Of a DNA stretch of 42,083 nt, positions 34,244 through 42,083 are shown in pieces. The position numbers were made by a program, and so were the translations under genes. Source of the DNA: Pseudomonadota bacterium (GTDB taxonomy: Bacteria > Bdellovibrionota_B > Oligoflexia > Oligoflexales > CAIMVM01); NCBI GenBank assembly GCA_037142195.1, contig JBAXBA010000029.1, forward strand, positions 1 through 42,083. The letters are read 5' to 3'. The notes under the pieces were generated by a model, which was not told the DNA's origin, did not search any database, and saw nothing but the letters and a program-made list of their open reading frames with translations. Each line of letters starts with the position of its first letter. The stretch's first letter is position 1.

Positions 34244-37200
34244 AGTAGACTCTTTTTTGCGTTTAATTTGGTTAAGTGGATGCAATGCAAGGAAGGAACA
34301 AAGATTAGTGTTAACAGCATAGAAATACATAAGCCGCCGGAAACGGCAATTCCAAGAGGCTGCAGAACTTTGCCGCCCTCTCCCATTCCTAGAGCAATAG
34401 GAAACATCGCGAGAATCGTCGTGATGGAGGTGATGAGTATGGGACGTAGGCGCTTCTTAGAAGCTTCTATAACCGCTGCCTTGGGGGCCATTCCTTCAAG
34501 AAACAAAACTTTAGCAAAATCAACAAGCAAAATGCTATTGGCGACGGAAATTCCATTTAATAGGATAATTCCTAAAACACTATTTAGACTTAGGGAGCTT
34601 TTAAAGATAGTTAAACTCAATAGCACCCCGATTAAGGCCAAGGGAATGGCAATCAAGACAATTAAGGCTTCATATAGGTTTCCAAATTGGAGCAGCATCG
34701 TTAGAAAAATCAACCCCACTGACCAGGCGCAGGCTATCAAAAGTTCATGGATCGCATCGTGAATCTCTTTTTCAGACTCCAACCATTTGGCCCCGGCACC
34801 CCAGGGATTGTTTTTCATCCACTCGTCAAAAACGGTTTTGGCTTTCCTAACAATCGAATCTTTTTGATTCAAATTTTTCTCAGCAATTTTTCCAGAAAGG
34901 GCAAAAGAAATCGCGCCGTTTTCAAAGTTAGATTGGCTTAGGCTTCTTTTAAAATCAATGTCAAAAAGACTTCCTAAAGGCAGGATTCTTCCTTGCCAAT
35001 TGATGGGAAGTGACGAAAATTCTTGAACGTCTTTCAAATCTGACAAGGCACTGGTAATTTCGATCGGCACTGAGGAGTCATTTGTGGAGAGACTTCCAGC
35101 AGATGTGGAGGTCATAGCCCGTTCCACATCATAGAGGATGTCGCTAGGGCTTTTGGCGAAATTTTCCGCCCTAATCCCGGCCCAAGTGGCACTTTTGGGC
35201 TTAAGCTGCAATACCGCAGAGACTTGGCTGTCACTTGGCATGTTGAATTCTTTAAACTCAGGTACCTTTAGAGTTAATTCGCTGCGAAGAGCACTAAGGA
35301 CTTTAGATCTTTGCTCGATGGACCCGACAGTCATTTCAATTTTGAGAGGAGAAGGCTTAGGAAGGGACAGCTCGCCAGGGTTCCAATCCCAAATATTGTA
35401 TTCTCTTATGTCATTCGATTTGAACTCGTCTTCAAGCTTATTTTTTACAAATTTCATATCCGACTTGTTTTGAATAAAGATGAGAATACTGGCACTGTCT
35501 ACCCCAATACCTTGGGAAAAGGTAAAGCCAATTTTGTCACCGAGCATGTCTTTAATTTTCTTCTCGAGCAGGGTGACCTCGGCGTCTTGTTGCTGAGGTT
35601 TTTTTATGGAGTTGTCTTGAAACCAGATCCCAATAATATTGGTATCTGGCTTTCCAACAATTTCCTTGGGAAGGGTCGGGACCGCATAGAGAACCAGTAG
35701 CACCAGTGAAACGACCGCTAACGAAAGTGCGGACACCAAACGGAAACGGCTCTTGATTAAGAAATCCAATATTTTAACATAGAAGACTTCTAACTTGGCC
35801 AGGGGCTTGTCCATGGGGGCCCGGTGCTCGTTTTCTGCAGAATATTTTTGGTTTTGGGCTTTGCCAAGCAAGTGGTAGCGCACCGAGGGCACTAAAAGTA
35901 GCGCGATGACCGCTGAGAAAACATGGGAAAAGACAACCGCCTTTGCTAAGTCACCAAGGACAGCGTAGGTTAGGTCAGATGTGAAAATTATCGGAACAAA
36001 GACGACTAGTGAAGCAAACGTCGAGGTGAGAAGAGGCAAAAAGACTTCTTTAACAGCACTGACGATCAAGAACAGACGCCTCTCCTTACTCATTTGAGAA
36101 AGCGCCTCGCCTTCAAACTTACGCATGATGTTTTCTAGCACAACCACTGAGGCATCCACATTCATGCCGGAAGAGAGTGCTAGCCCTCCCAAGGAGATGA
36201 TATTGAGATTCATGCCAAATATTTTCATGAGTATGAAGGATAAAATCAGACTCAGAGGAATCTCAATTGTAGCTGTGATGACATTTCTTGCACTGCCTAT
36301 AAATAGATAGAGAATCACTACCGCAAGGAAGGCACCAAGAAAGACCTCCTTCATCACATGGTTCACAGCCGACTGAATAAACACTCCTGGGTCGATCAGG
36401 GGAGTAAAGGTGATGTCAGAAGGGAGACTTGAAAGTACCTGCCTGGTGATGGTAGCTATGTCTTCTGAAAGTCGCTTGATATTGCCGTCGTCTTTAGGAG
36501 TCGCATAAACGATGATGCTTTGGCGGCCTGAAGTTCTAAATCCGAAGTTGTCATCTTTTTTGCGCTCTACGGAAGCGACATCTTCCAGGCGATATATCTT
36601 GCCATTGGTGCCAGGCAGCACAATATCTTTTAAATCGTCAGCCTTTTGAATCGAACGAGGTATGTTGACCGCATAGTTCGTATCCTGAATCTTTACCCTT
36701 CCACCTGCTCTTGGCTGAAGGTTGGTTTGGATGGCGGTTTCTAAATCGCTAAATCGAATCCCTAAAGAGGTTAAATCTGCAAATCGCGGTTTTACATATA
36801 TTTTTTCTCCGGCAGGATTCCAAATGGAAACTTGATCCGCATCAGAAATTTCCGCGAGCTTTGGTCTGAGAATCGGTTCTATTAAGGAGTATAATTCTTC
36901 CACCGGCCGCTGGTCGCTGGATAGGGATGCCACATAGAACCCTTTCGCTCTTTCTGAACCGCGATTGTAGATATTAACGGAATCCCGCATTTTTGTGGGG
37001 AATCTTTCGGAATACCCGCGCATGATATTTTGGACTTCTTTAAGTGCTTCTGATGCTGAGGTGTTCCAGCTAAACTTGAGCCGATATTCAATATTTCCTT
37101 CTTTACTATACTCAGCATTTACTTGGTCCACATGGATCAGAGAGCTATTCATTTTTTTAAAGGCAGATTCAATTTCAGATCCGAGTTCATTCCTAAAACT

Positions 37201-37365
37201 TTCGGGAGTATAGCCAGACAATGAGAAGGTAACGGATACCCCTGGCCTTACAGAATTAGGGAATAAAGAGACCGGAAGCTTTCCTCCAGCCCAAAGACCT
37301 ATCAGGGCGAGAAGGCCTAAGAACAGATAGACCCTAATGGGGTTGGCATAGATTTTATTCATCAA
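34240..37365 (-). CDS. RND efflux transporter permease (AcrB/AcrD/AcrF family)
   Basis: LPVSLFP, IPLSL, LNIISLGGL..SGMNVDASVVVLENI, RLRPILITS and QPLGIAVSGG; about 1040 aa. Confidence 0.95.
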   Translation of the reverse strand: MMNKIYANPIRVYLFLGLLALIGLWAGGKLPVSLFPNSVRPGVSVTFSLSGYTPESFRNELGSEIESAFKKMNSSLIHVDQVNAEYSKEGNIEYRLKFSWNTSASEALKEVQNIMRGYSERFPTKMRDSVNIYNRGSERAKGFYVASLSSDQRPVEELYSLIEPILRPKLAEISDADQVSIWNPAGEKIYVKPRFADLTSLGIRFSDLETAIQTNLQPRAGGRVKIQDTNYAVNIPRSIQKADDLKDIVLPGTNGKIYRLEDVASVERKKDDNFGFRTSGRQSIIVYATPKDDGNIKRLSEDIATITRQVLSSLPSDITFTPLIDPGVFIQSAVNHVMKEVFLGAFLAVVILYLFIGSARNVITATIEIPLSLILSFILMKIFGMNLNIISLGGLALSSGMNVDASVVVLENIMRKFEGEALSQMSKERRLFLIVSAVKEVFLPLLTSTFASLVVFVPIIFTSDLTYAVLGDLAKAVVFSHVFSAVIALLLVPSVRYHLLGKAQNQKYSAENEHRAPMDKPLAKLEVFYVKILDFLIKSRFRLVSALSLAVVSLVLLVLYAVPTLPKEIVGKPDTNIIGIWFQDNSIKKPQQQDAEVTLLEKKIKDMLGDKIGFTFSQGIGVDSASILIFIQNKSDMKFVKNKLEDEFKSNDIREYNIWDWNPGELSLPKPSPLKIEMTVGSIEQRSKVLSALRSELTLKVPEFKEFNMPSDSQVSAVLQLKPKSATWAGIRAENFAKSPSDILYDVERAMTSTSAGSLSTNDSSVPIEITSALSDLKDVQEFSSLPINWQGRILPLGSLFDIDFKRSLSQSNFENGAISFALSGKIAEKNLNQKDSIVRKAKTVFDEWMKNNPWGAGAKWLESEKEIHDAIHELLIACAWSVGLIFLTMLLQFGNLYEALIVLIAIPLALIGVLLSLTIFKSSLSLNSVLGIILLNGISVANSILLVDFAKVLFLEGMAPKAAVIEASKKRLRPILITSITTILAMFPIALGMGEGGKVLQPLGIAVSGGLCISMLLTLIFVPSLHCIHLTKLNAKKSLL

Positions 37366-37459
37366 ATAACCTTTTTAAGGGGCTTGCTCCTAGATCGGAC
37401 CATTTGCCCGGATCCTATATGGAATCCCAGTTGAAATATGAAGAAGCTATTTTTTCGCG

Positions 37460-38374
37460 CTATTTTTTAGCATTGGTTTCCGCTTTAACGACAACAGTTT
37501 CGCCTTCAGGTAAGTATTTAGGAGTATAGACGACAATCTCTTCGCCTCCCACCAGACCTGCTTTGACTTGAATTCTGTCGAAGTTGGTGCGGCCCAGGGT
37601 GATGGGTACATATTTGACTTTGGAATCAATCAGAACGCGGACTTGGGGCACGTCCCCGATATAGGTGGTCGCTTTTTCAGGAATCTCAATTCCAATTTCA
37701 GAGTTTAGCTTAAATGTCGCCTTGCCTAGGGGAGATTCGCCGCCCTTGGAACTGGCCTTCGGAGCGAGTTCAATCTTGTAGGTTTTGGAGATGGGATCCG
37801 CAATGGGAGCCATGGAACGGACAACGACTGGAAAAGCCGCAGCCGGATCAGCTTGATCGAGTGGGGCCCAAGTTCCGACAGCTCCTACTTTAAGTGGTTT
37901 CATTTGCTCGGCGGTAGCTTCCAAGGATATTTTTACGTCTTTTGAAGTAACGAGACTGAGAAGTTTACTTCCTTTAGCCACGCGCTCCCCTGGTCCTACG
38001 TAAAACTGCGCAATGGTGCCGCCTACGGGAGCCTCGACTTCGTAGGGAAGAAAGGTTTCTCCTGGGTTGTCATTTTTAATGCGGCAAAGCTTATCGCCTG
38101 ATTTGACGACGCTGCCGATTTTTACAAAACACTCCGTAATGATGCCTTCACCAAAGCTTGGCAAATCTAAAATAGAATTGGCAGTAAGAGAGCCGGAAAT
38201 CACCAACTGATCTTCGATAGGCTTTTTGACCACCTTAAAGGTCTGAACCACTACCGGCCCTTCAGCTTTTGAGGGGGAGCTTTCTGATTTTTTGCAGCTA
38301 TAGTTGAGGGTAAAAGAGGATAAGCCTAGTAGCAGCGCCATAAAATTTCTGCATCTTAAGTCGAGTGTGTTCAT
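37460..38374 (-). CDS. RND periplasmic adaptor (membrane fusion protein), probable lipoprotein
   Basis: Lipoyl-like halves G.I....VKIGSVVKSGDKL and VEAPVGGTI, ADPISKT and GLVGGEEIV; the helical hairpin is essentially absent. Confidence 0.88.
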   Translation of the reverse strand: MNTLDLRCRNFMALLLGLSSFTLNYSCKKSESSPSKAEGPVVVQTFKVVKKPIEDQLVISGSLTANSILDLPSFGEGIITECFVKIGSVVKSGDKLCRIKNDNPGETFLPYEVEAPVGGTIAQFYVGPGERVAKGSKLLSLVTSKDVKISLEATAEQMKPLKVGAVGTWAPLDQADPAAAFPVVVRSMAPIADPISKTYKIELAPKASSKGGESPLGKATFKLNSEIGIEIPEKATTYIGDVPQVRVLIDSKVKYVPITLGRTNFDRIQVKAGLVGGEEIVVYTPKYLPEGETVVVKAETNAKK

Positions 38375-38843
38375 GGAATTGCCTTATTTTTGATGGGCCT
38401 GATGAAGCAGCATGGCGCAATATGCCCAATTCAAAGGCAGCCGTCAAGACAATTTGGCGGGTCGTATTTTTGCTTAACTCACTAATTTAGCTCAAATTTA
38501 TGCTTAAATCAAAAGGGTTCAGCGGCACTAGGGAGCTGTAAAACGCCTGACTCTGCATTTATGGAAAATGCCAAGCTCTTGGATACAAATACCAGCGGCA
38601 AGGCCCTCCTTTGGAGCTTCTTAACGGTCCGGCTTCTAATTTAAACGATGCTTCCCGATTTTCTATCGAGGTCCTACCTTTCTTGAGATTTCTTTCTAGG
38701 GGTGTCTCGCCACCTAAGTGCCGTCTATTATGGGTTGAATTGGAACTGGGGTGAGATGGTTTCCTTGCAGCTAGCTTGGACGTTACAATGTTTGACTTGC
38801 TATTGCAGGCAACATCGTTCACACTGCGCGAAAAAGGGACACC

Positions 38844-40115
38844 TTGGATACTAAAATTACATTTAAAGATTTAAAACTGATCGAGCCGCTATTAAAGGCG
38901 GTAGAGCAGAGCGGTTATACCCATCCGACACCTATTCAGCTGGAAGCCATTCCGGTACTGTTGGATAAGAAGGATTTGCTAGGCTGCGCCCAAACCGGAA
39001 CTGGAAAAACCGCGGCGTTTTCTCTTCCCTTGCTACAAAACCTATACGATCATCCTAGAAAGCCGCATCCTAAACAAGCGCGGGTTCTTGTTTTGACGCC
39101 CACCAGGGAGCTGGCGATACAAGTCCATGACAGTTTTAAAACTTATGGGAAACACTTAAATCTTAAGACTGCCGTTGTTTACGGTGGGGTTGGGCAGAGC
39201 CCTCAAGTGAAAAGTCTTGCCGGTGGCGTTGATGTTCTTGTGGCAACACCTGGAAGACTTTTGGATTTGTTTAATCAACGATTTGTGGCCCTTAGGGATC
39301 TCGAAGTTTTTGTTTTGGACGAGGCCGACCGTATGCTTGATATGGGATTTATCCATGACATCAAGCGCATCATTTCGTCTCTTCCTGCAAAGCGTCATAA
39401 TCTCTTTTTCTCAGCAACGATGCCTCCTGAAATCGAAAAGCTTGCTAAGTCTATCCTTTCAGAACCGGTGAAAATTGAAATCTCTCCTGTGTCATCGGCG
39501 GTTGAAATTATTGAGCAGCAAGTGATGTATGTGGAGAAAGATTCCAAAAAAGAATTGCTTAAACATCTCTTTGAATCTCAAAATTTAAATCGAGTGATTA
39601 TTTTTACTCGAACCAAATATGGCGCTGATAAGGTTTCTCTCTATTTGGCTAAATTTGGAATTAAAAACTTGGCCATTCATGGCAATAAATCTCAATCTGC
39701 AAGGCAGAATGCATTAAATGATTTTAAAAATGGCAAGCTGCAAGCTTTGATAGCTACAGATATTGCGGCACGCGGTATTGATGTAGATGATATCAGCCAT
39801 GTCGTCAATTTTGATCTTCCCAATGAGCCAGAGACCTATGTGCATAGAATTGGCCGAACTGCTCGCGCAGGTGCCAAGGGCATCGCAATCTCATTTTGTG
39901 ATGGTGAAGAACGGGCTTTTTTACGCTTGATTGAAAAGCTCATCAAAAAAGAAATCCCTCTCGTGACTGACCAGCCATTTCACTCTAAAAATGTAGAGAA
40001 TTTCAAGCCGATGTCAGCTGGGAAAGCCAAGGCTATCATTGATCAACAAAACGGTTTTAGGCCTCGTCGACCTTCTCGCGACTCAAGAGCGCCTAGAAGT
40101 CCAGGGCGTCGTTAA
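38844..40115 (+). CDS. rhlE: DEAD-box RNA helicase (RhlE-like)
   Basis: Q motif, AQTGTGKT, PTRELA, TPGRL, DEAD, SAT, HGNKSQ, ARGID and HRIGRTAR; TTG start with AGGGA. Confidence 0.93.
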   Translation: MDTKITFKDLKLIEPLLKAVEQSGYTHPTPIQLEAIPVLLDKKDLLGCAQTGTGKTAAFSLPLLQNLYDHPRKPHPKQARVLVLTPTRELAIQVHDSFKTYGKHLNLKTAVVYGGVGQSPQVKSLAGGVDVLVATPGRLLDLFNQRFVALRDLEVFVLDEADRMLDMGFIHDIKRIISSLPAKRHNLFFSATMPPEIEKLAKSILSEPVKIEISPVSSAVEIIEQQVMYVEKDSKKELLKHLFESQNLNRVIIFTRTKYGADKVSLYLAKFGIKNLAIHGNKSQSARQNALNDFKNGKLQALIATDIAARGIDVDDISHVVNFDLPNEPETYVHRIGRTARAGAKGIAISFCDGEERAFLRLIEKLIKKEIPLVTDQPFHSKNVENFKPMSAGKAKAIIDQQNGFRPRRPSRDSRAPRSPGRR

Positions 40116-40172
40116 GAAAAAAATGATTTCCTTAGAACTCTTTTTGTCTAACACAGATGTTCGAGCTGGAAT

Positions 40173-40221
40173 AAAAAAAATACCCTTTCTTAAACTCTCA
40201 TGTTTAAGAAGGGGTTTCTTT
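40173..40221. terminator. Bidirectional terminator
   Basis: A-run, then ACCCTTTCTTAAAC/GTTTAAGAAGGGGT stem, then TTCTTT, between convergent genes. Confidence 0.8.
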
Positions 40222-41954
40222 CAATTAACTTTTATATGCTGCTCAAATAAGAAAAATGTCTTGGTAGCATCTGAGAAACTTGCGGGACAAAGATCTTTAG
40301 GAAAGCTATTAATATCTACTTTAATGTGGCCTTTCCCGGCGTTTTCCCAAAAACCTGAGAGAACTACTCCCTTTCTGAGTAGACATTTGTCTCCCTCAGC
40401 AAGTTGGGAGCTGTCCATAAGTTTCTTTTTAATAAATGTCGTGCCTAAGATTTCAATTTTGGCTTCCTCAGGCGGCTTAGGTGGATTCTTAGGTTCCTCG
40501 ACGTTGGGAGAATCTTGCGCTTCTAACATAGAGTCACAACTCACAGCAGGAGAATTTTTGACATGAGAGGTGATATCAAGGTCCAGAAGTAATTTGCCAA
40601 TTTTGCAATTGGCAGTGAGCTGGTCGGAGGCTGCTAAAACACGTTTTCCAAATTCAGCTATGCCGTCTCGCCCCAAGGCGTCAGGTGTATTGAGGAGTGC
40701 TTCTTTTTCGAAATAGGGCTTCGCAATTCCTGCTTGCCATTGTTTGGCTAGATAGCGAATTCCCTTATAGGTCCTTGGATGCATATGTCTTATCAGAGAC
40801 AATTCGGACAAGGTAAAGGCTTTGGGGTTTCCGGCGCGGCTTCCGCAGTCGTTGTCTTTTAAGAGCAACTTTTTAACGACTACAGCGTTTGGATGGGGCT
40901 TGCTTGTTAAGATTGGTCTTTCATTGTCGTCTAGCTTGATTTTATCTCGCTCAATCTTTCCTGCTTCATTTAACCAAAACCAGTAGAATTTAGAATGAAT
41001 ATTTCCAAAGCGGTCTTGCTGTTGAAAGATATAGTCCATAAGTATCAATTCGCCCATGTCTCTCATTTGTTGCAAGACCGGAGCAGCCTTTGCAAAATCT
41101 CTGGCCACTATTTTTGCAGCACTTTCGGGATTGGTGACATTTTTAACGGGAGCGGTTGCTAGAAATCTTGCTTTGGCTAAACCACCGTCTTGACTGTTCG
41201 CATTTATCTCCGCATATCTCACTTCATTTGAGGGATTGTCAGAAAGGGCTCCAAATATTTGCGAATTGTCGGCGGTAGTATAGTTGTCATTAAAATTCGA
41301 CGTGGAGTCCATGTTCTTAACTTGATTCCAAAGAGTGGCATTAAGGCCTGAAGACCAAGCGGCACCGCGCTCAGCAATTTTTAGATGAGCACGTCGGTCC
41401 ATTGTTCTCACCACAGCGCTTGGCACCATGCCTGCACCGCCAAGGATTCTAGACAAATGATAGTATCCTATGATGGAACCTGAATAGCTGCATGAAACCG
41501 ATTGTTTAAATTTGGCAATGCGAGACGTGGGACGGTTGTCTTGATCCTTGCAAAGGCTGGTTTCATATTTTGACTTGTCAAGTTTGTTGAGATCATAGAG
41601 TTCCACGCCTGGAAATGTACTGGACATTTTAGGGCAAAGTGCGACAGCTGTGCCTGGCCGATTGTCACCAGGGACCTTATAGAAATCCGCAGCACATAGC
41701 TCTTCTTCTCCGGACGAGTCCCCATCGTCATATTTAACTCCAGGAAAAGGATTGGGAAGTACGCAAATTTCTTTTTGCCCGGAGGGACTTGTGAAGAATT
41801 TAGTTTCTCTGCCTCGCGGAGTCTGCAATTGAAAATTGGCGTCCAATTGTGACCCTTCCTCTTGCTTACTAAGCGGAAGGCATCCTGCAATGGAAAAAAG
41901 TCCCATGGCAAGTAGCATTTTCCCAGGTGTATTCCAACAATGCGTCTTATTCAT
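40221..41954 (-). CDS. Lipoprotein with atypical kinase-like (Fam20C/PI4K/HipA-type) motifs
   Basis: Lipobox IAGC; AKFKQ, YHLSRILG...VPSAVVR, LMDYIFQQQDRFGNI and LLLKDNDCG; Pro-rich linker and a small C-terminal domain. Confidence 0.6.
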   Translation of the reverse strand: MNKTHCWNTPGKMLLAMGLFSIAGCLPLSKQEEGSQLDANFQLQTPRGRETKFFTSPSGQKEICVLPNPFPGVKYDDGDSSGEEELCAADFYKVPGDNRPGTAVALCPKMSSTFPGVELYDLNKLDKSKYETSLCKDQDNRPTSRIAKFKQSVSCSYSGSIIGYYHLSRILGGAGMVPSAVVRTMDRRAHLKIAERGAAWSSGLNATLWNQVKNMDSTSNFNDNYTTADNSQIFGALSDNPSNEVRYAEINANSQDGGLAKARFLATAPVKNVTNPESAAKIVARDFAKAAPVLQQMRDMGELILMDYIFQQQDRFGNIHSKFYWFWLNEAGKIERDKIKLDDNERPILTSKPHPNAVVVKKLLLKDNDCGSRAGNPKAFTLSELSLIRHMHPRTYKGIRYLAKQWQAGIAKPYFEKEALLNTPDALGRDGIAEFGKRVLAASDQLTANCKIGKLLLDLDITSHVKNSPAVSCDSMLEAQDSPNVEEPKNPPKPPEEAKIEILGTTFIKKKLMDSSQLAEGDKCLLRKGVVLSGFWENAGKGHIKVDINSFPKDLCPASFSDATKTFFLFEQHIKVN

Positions 41955-42083
41955 GTCTATCGCTCCAACTATTGCCAAACAAATTATAGACTTCTTTGTC
42001 TGCTGTGTCCATTTTGGGACGATCTCGCCCAGGGTAAAAGCATCTAAATATTATTGATTACAGACGGATAGGTCTGAATTAAA

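Noticed and set aside
34268..37213. Long antisense ORFs within the RND gene (and similar ones within lipA, fliC and the kinase-like gene)
   Set aside because: These are shadow ORFs of well-supported genes with no independent motifs.
38400..38843. Small ORF 38559-38822, or a lipoprotein remnant (AALGSCKTPDS) upstream of the helicase
   Set aside because: There is no start or RBS support and no recognisable family; it may simply be promoter and 5' UTR sequence.
1..42083. CRISPR array, integrase, transposase or prophage
   Set aside because: I saw no regularly spaced repeat-spacer pattern and no ORF with recombinase, transposase or phage structural motifs.

Overview
This is a gene-dense bacterial chromosomal segment. 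By inference from the flagellin and the many Cys-rich hypothetical lipoproteins, it most resembles Bdellovibrionota/Oligoflexia. Most of it is housekeeping: thrS, an RluA-family pseudouridine synthase, an Rsm22-like methyltransferase, lipA, two acyltransferases, tRNA-Val(TAC), a purple-acid-phosphatase-like enzyme, an orphan fliG, tgt, arginase, flagellin, a HIT protein, HU, a RimI-like GNAT, a GT9 heptosyltransferase, udk, an RND tripartite efflux operon and an RhlE-like helicase. Accessory content includes an AAA+/DUF4143 ATPase beside two decayed genes (cdsA-like and VOC) and a TPR/Zn-finger cluster. I see no CRISPR array, integrase, transposase or prophage. The best candidates for undescribed biology are: (i) a coupled three-gene exported module of a CxxCH lipoprotein, a DUF1501-like protein whose usual metal-ligand motifs are substituted, and a small cytochrome c lipoprotein; (ii) a lipoprotein with Fam20C/PI4K/HipA-like atypical kinase motifs; (iii) a helical-repeat protein with an EVE/PUA-like C-terminal domain containing a VNTR; (iv) a stand-alone FliG C-terminal paralog lacking torque-helix charges; and (v) sigma28-like promoters shared by flagellin and several orphan lipoprotein genes. 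All family calls come from motif recognition by eye; no database searches were run.
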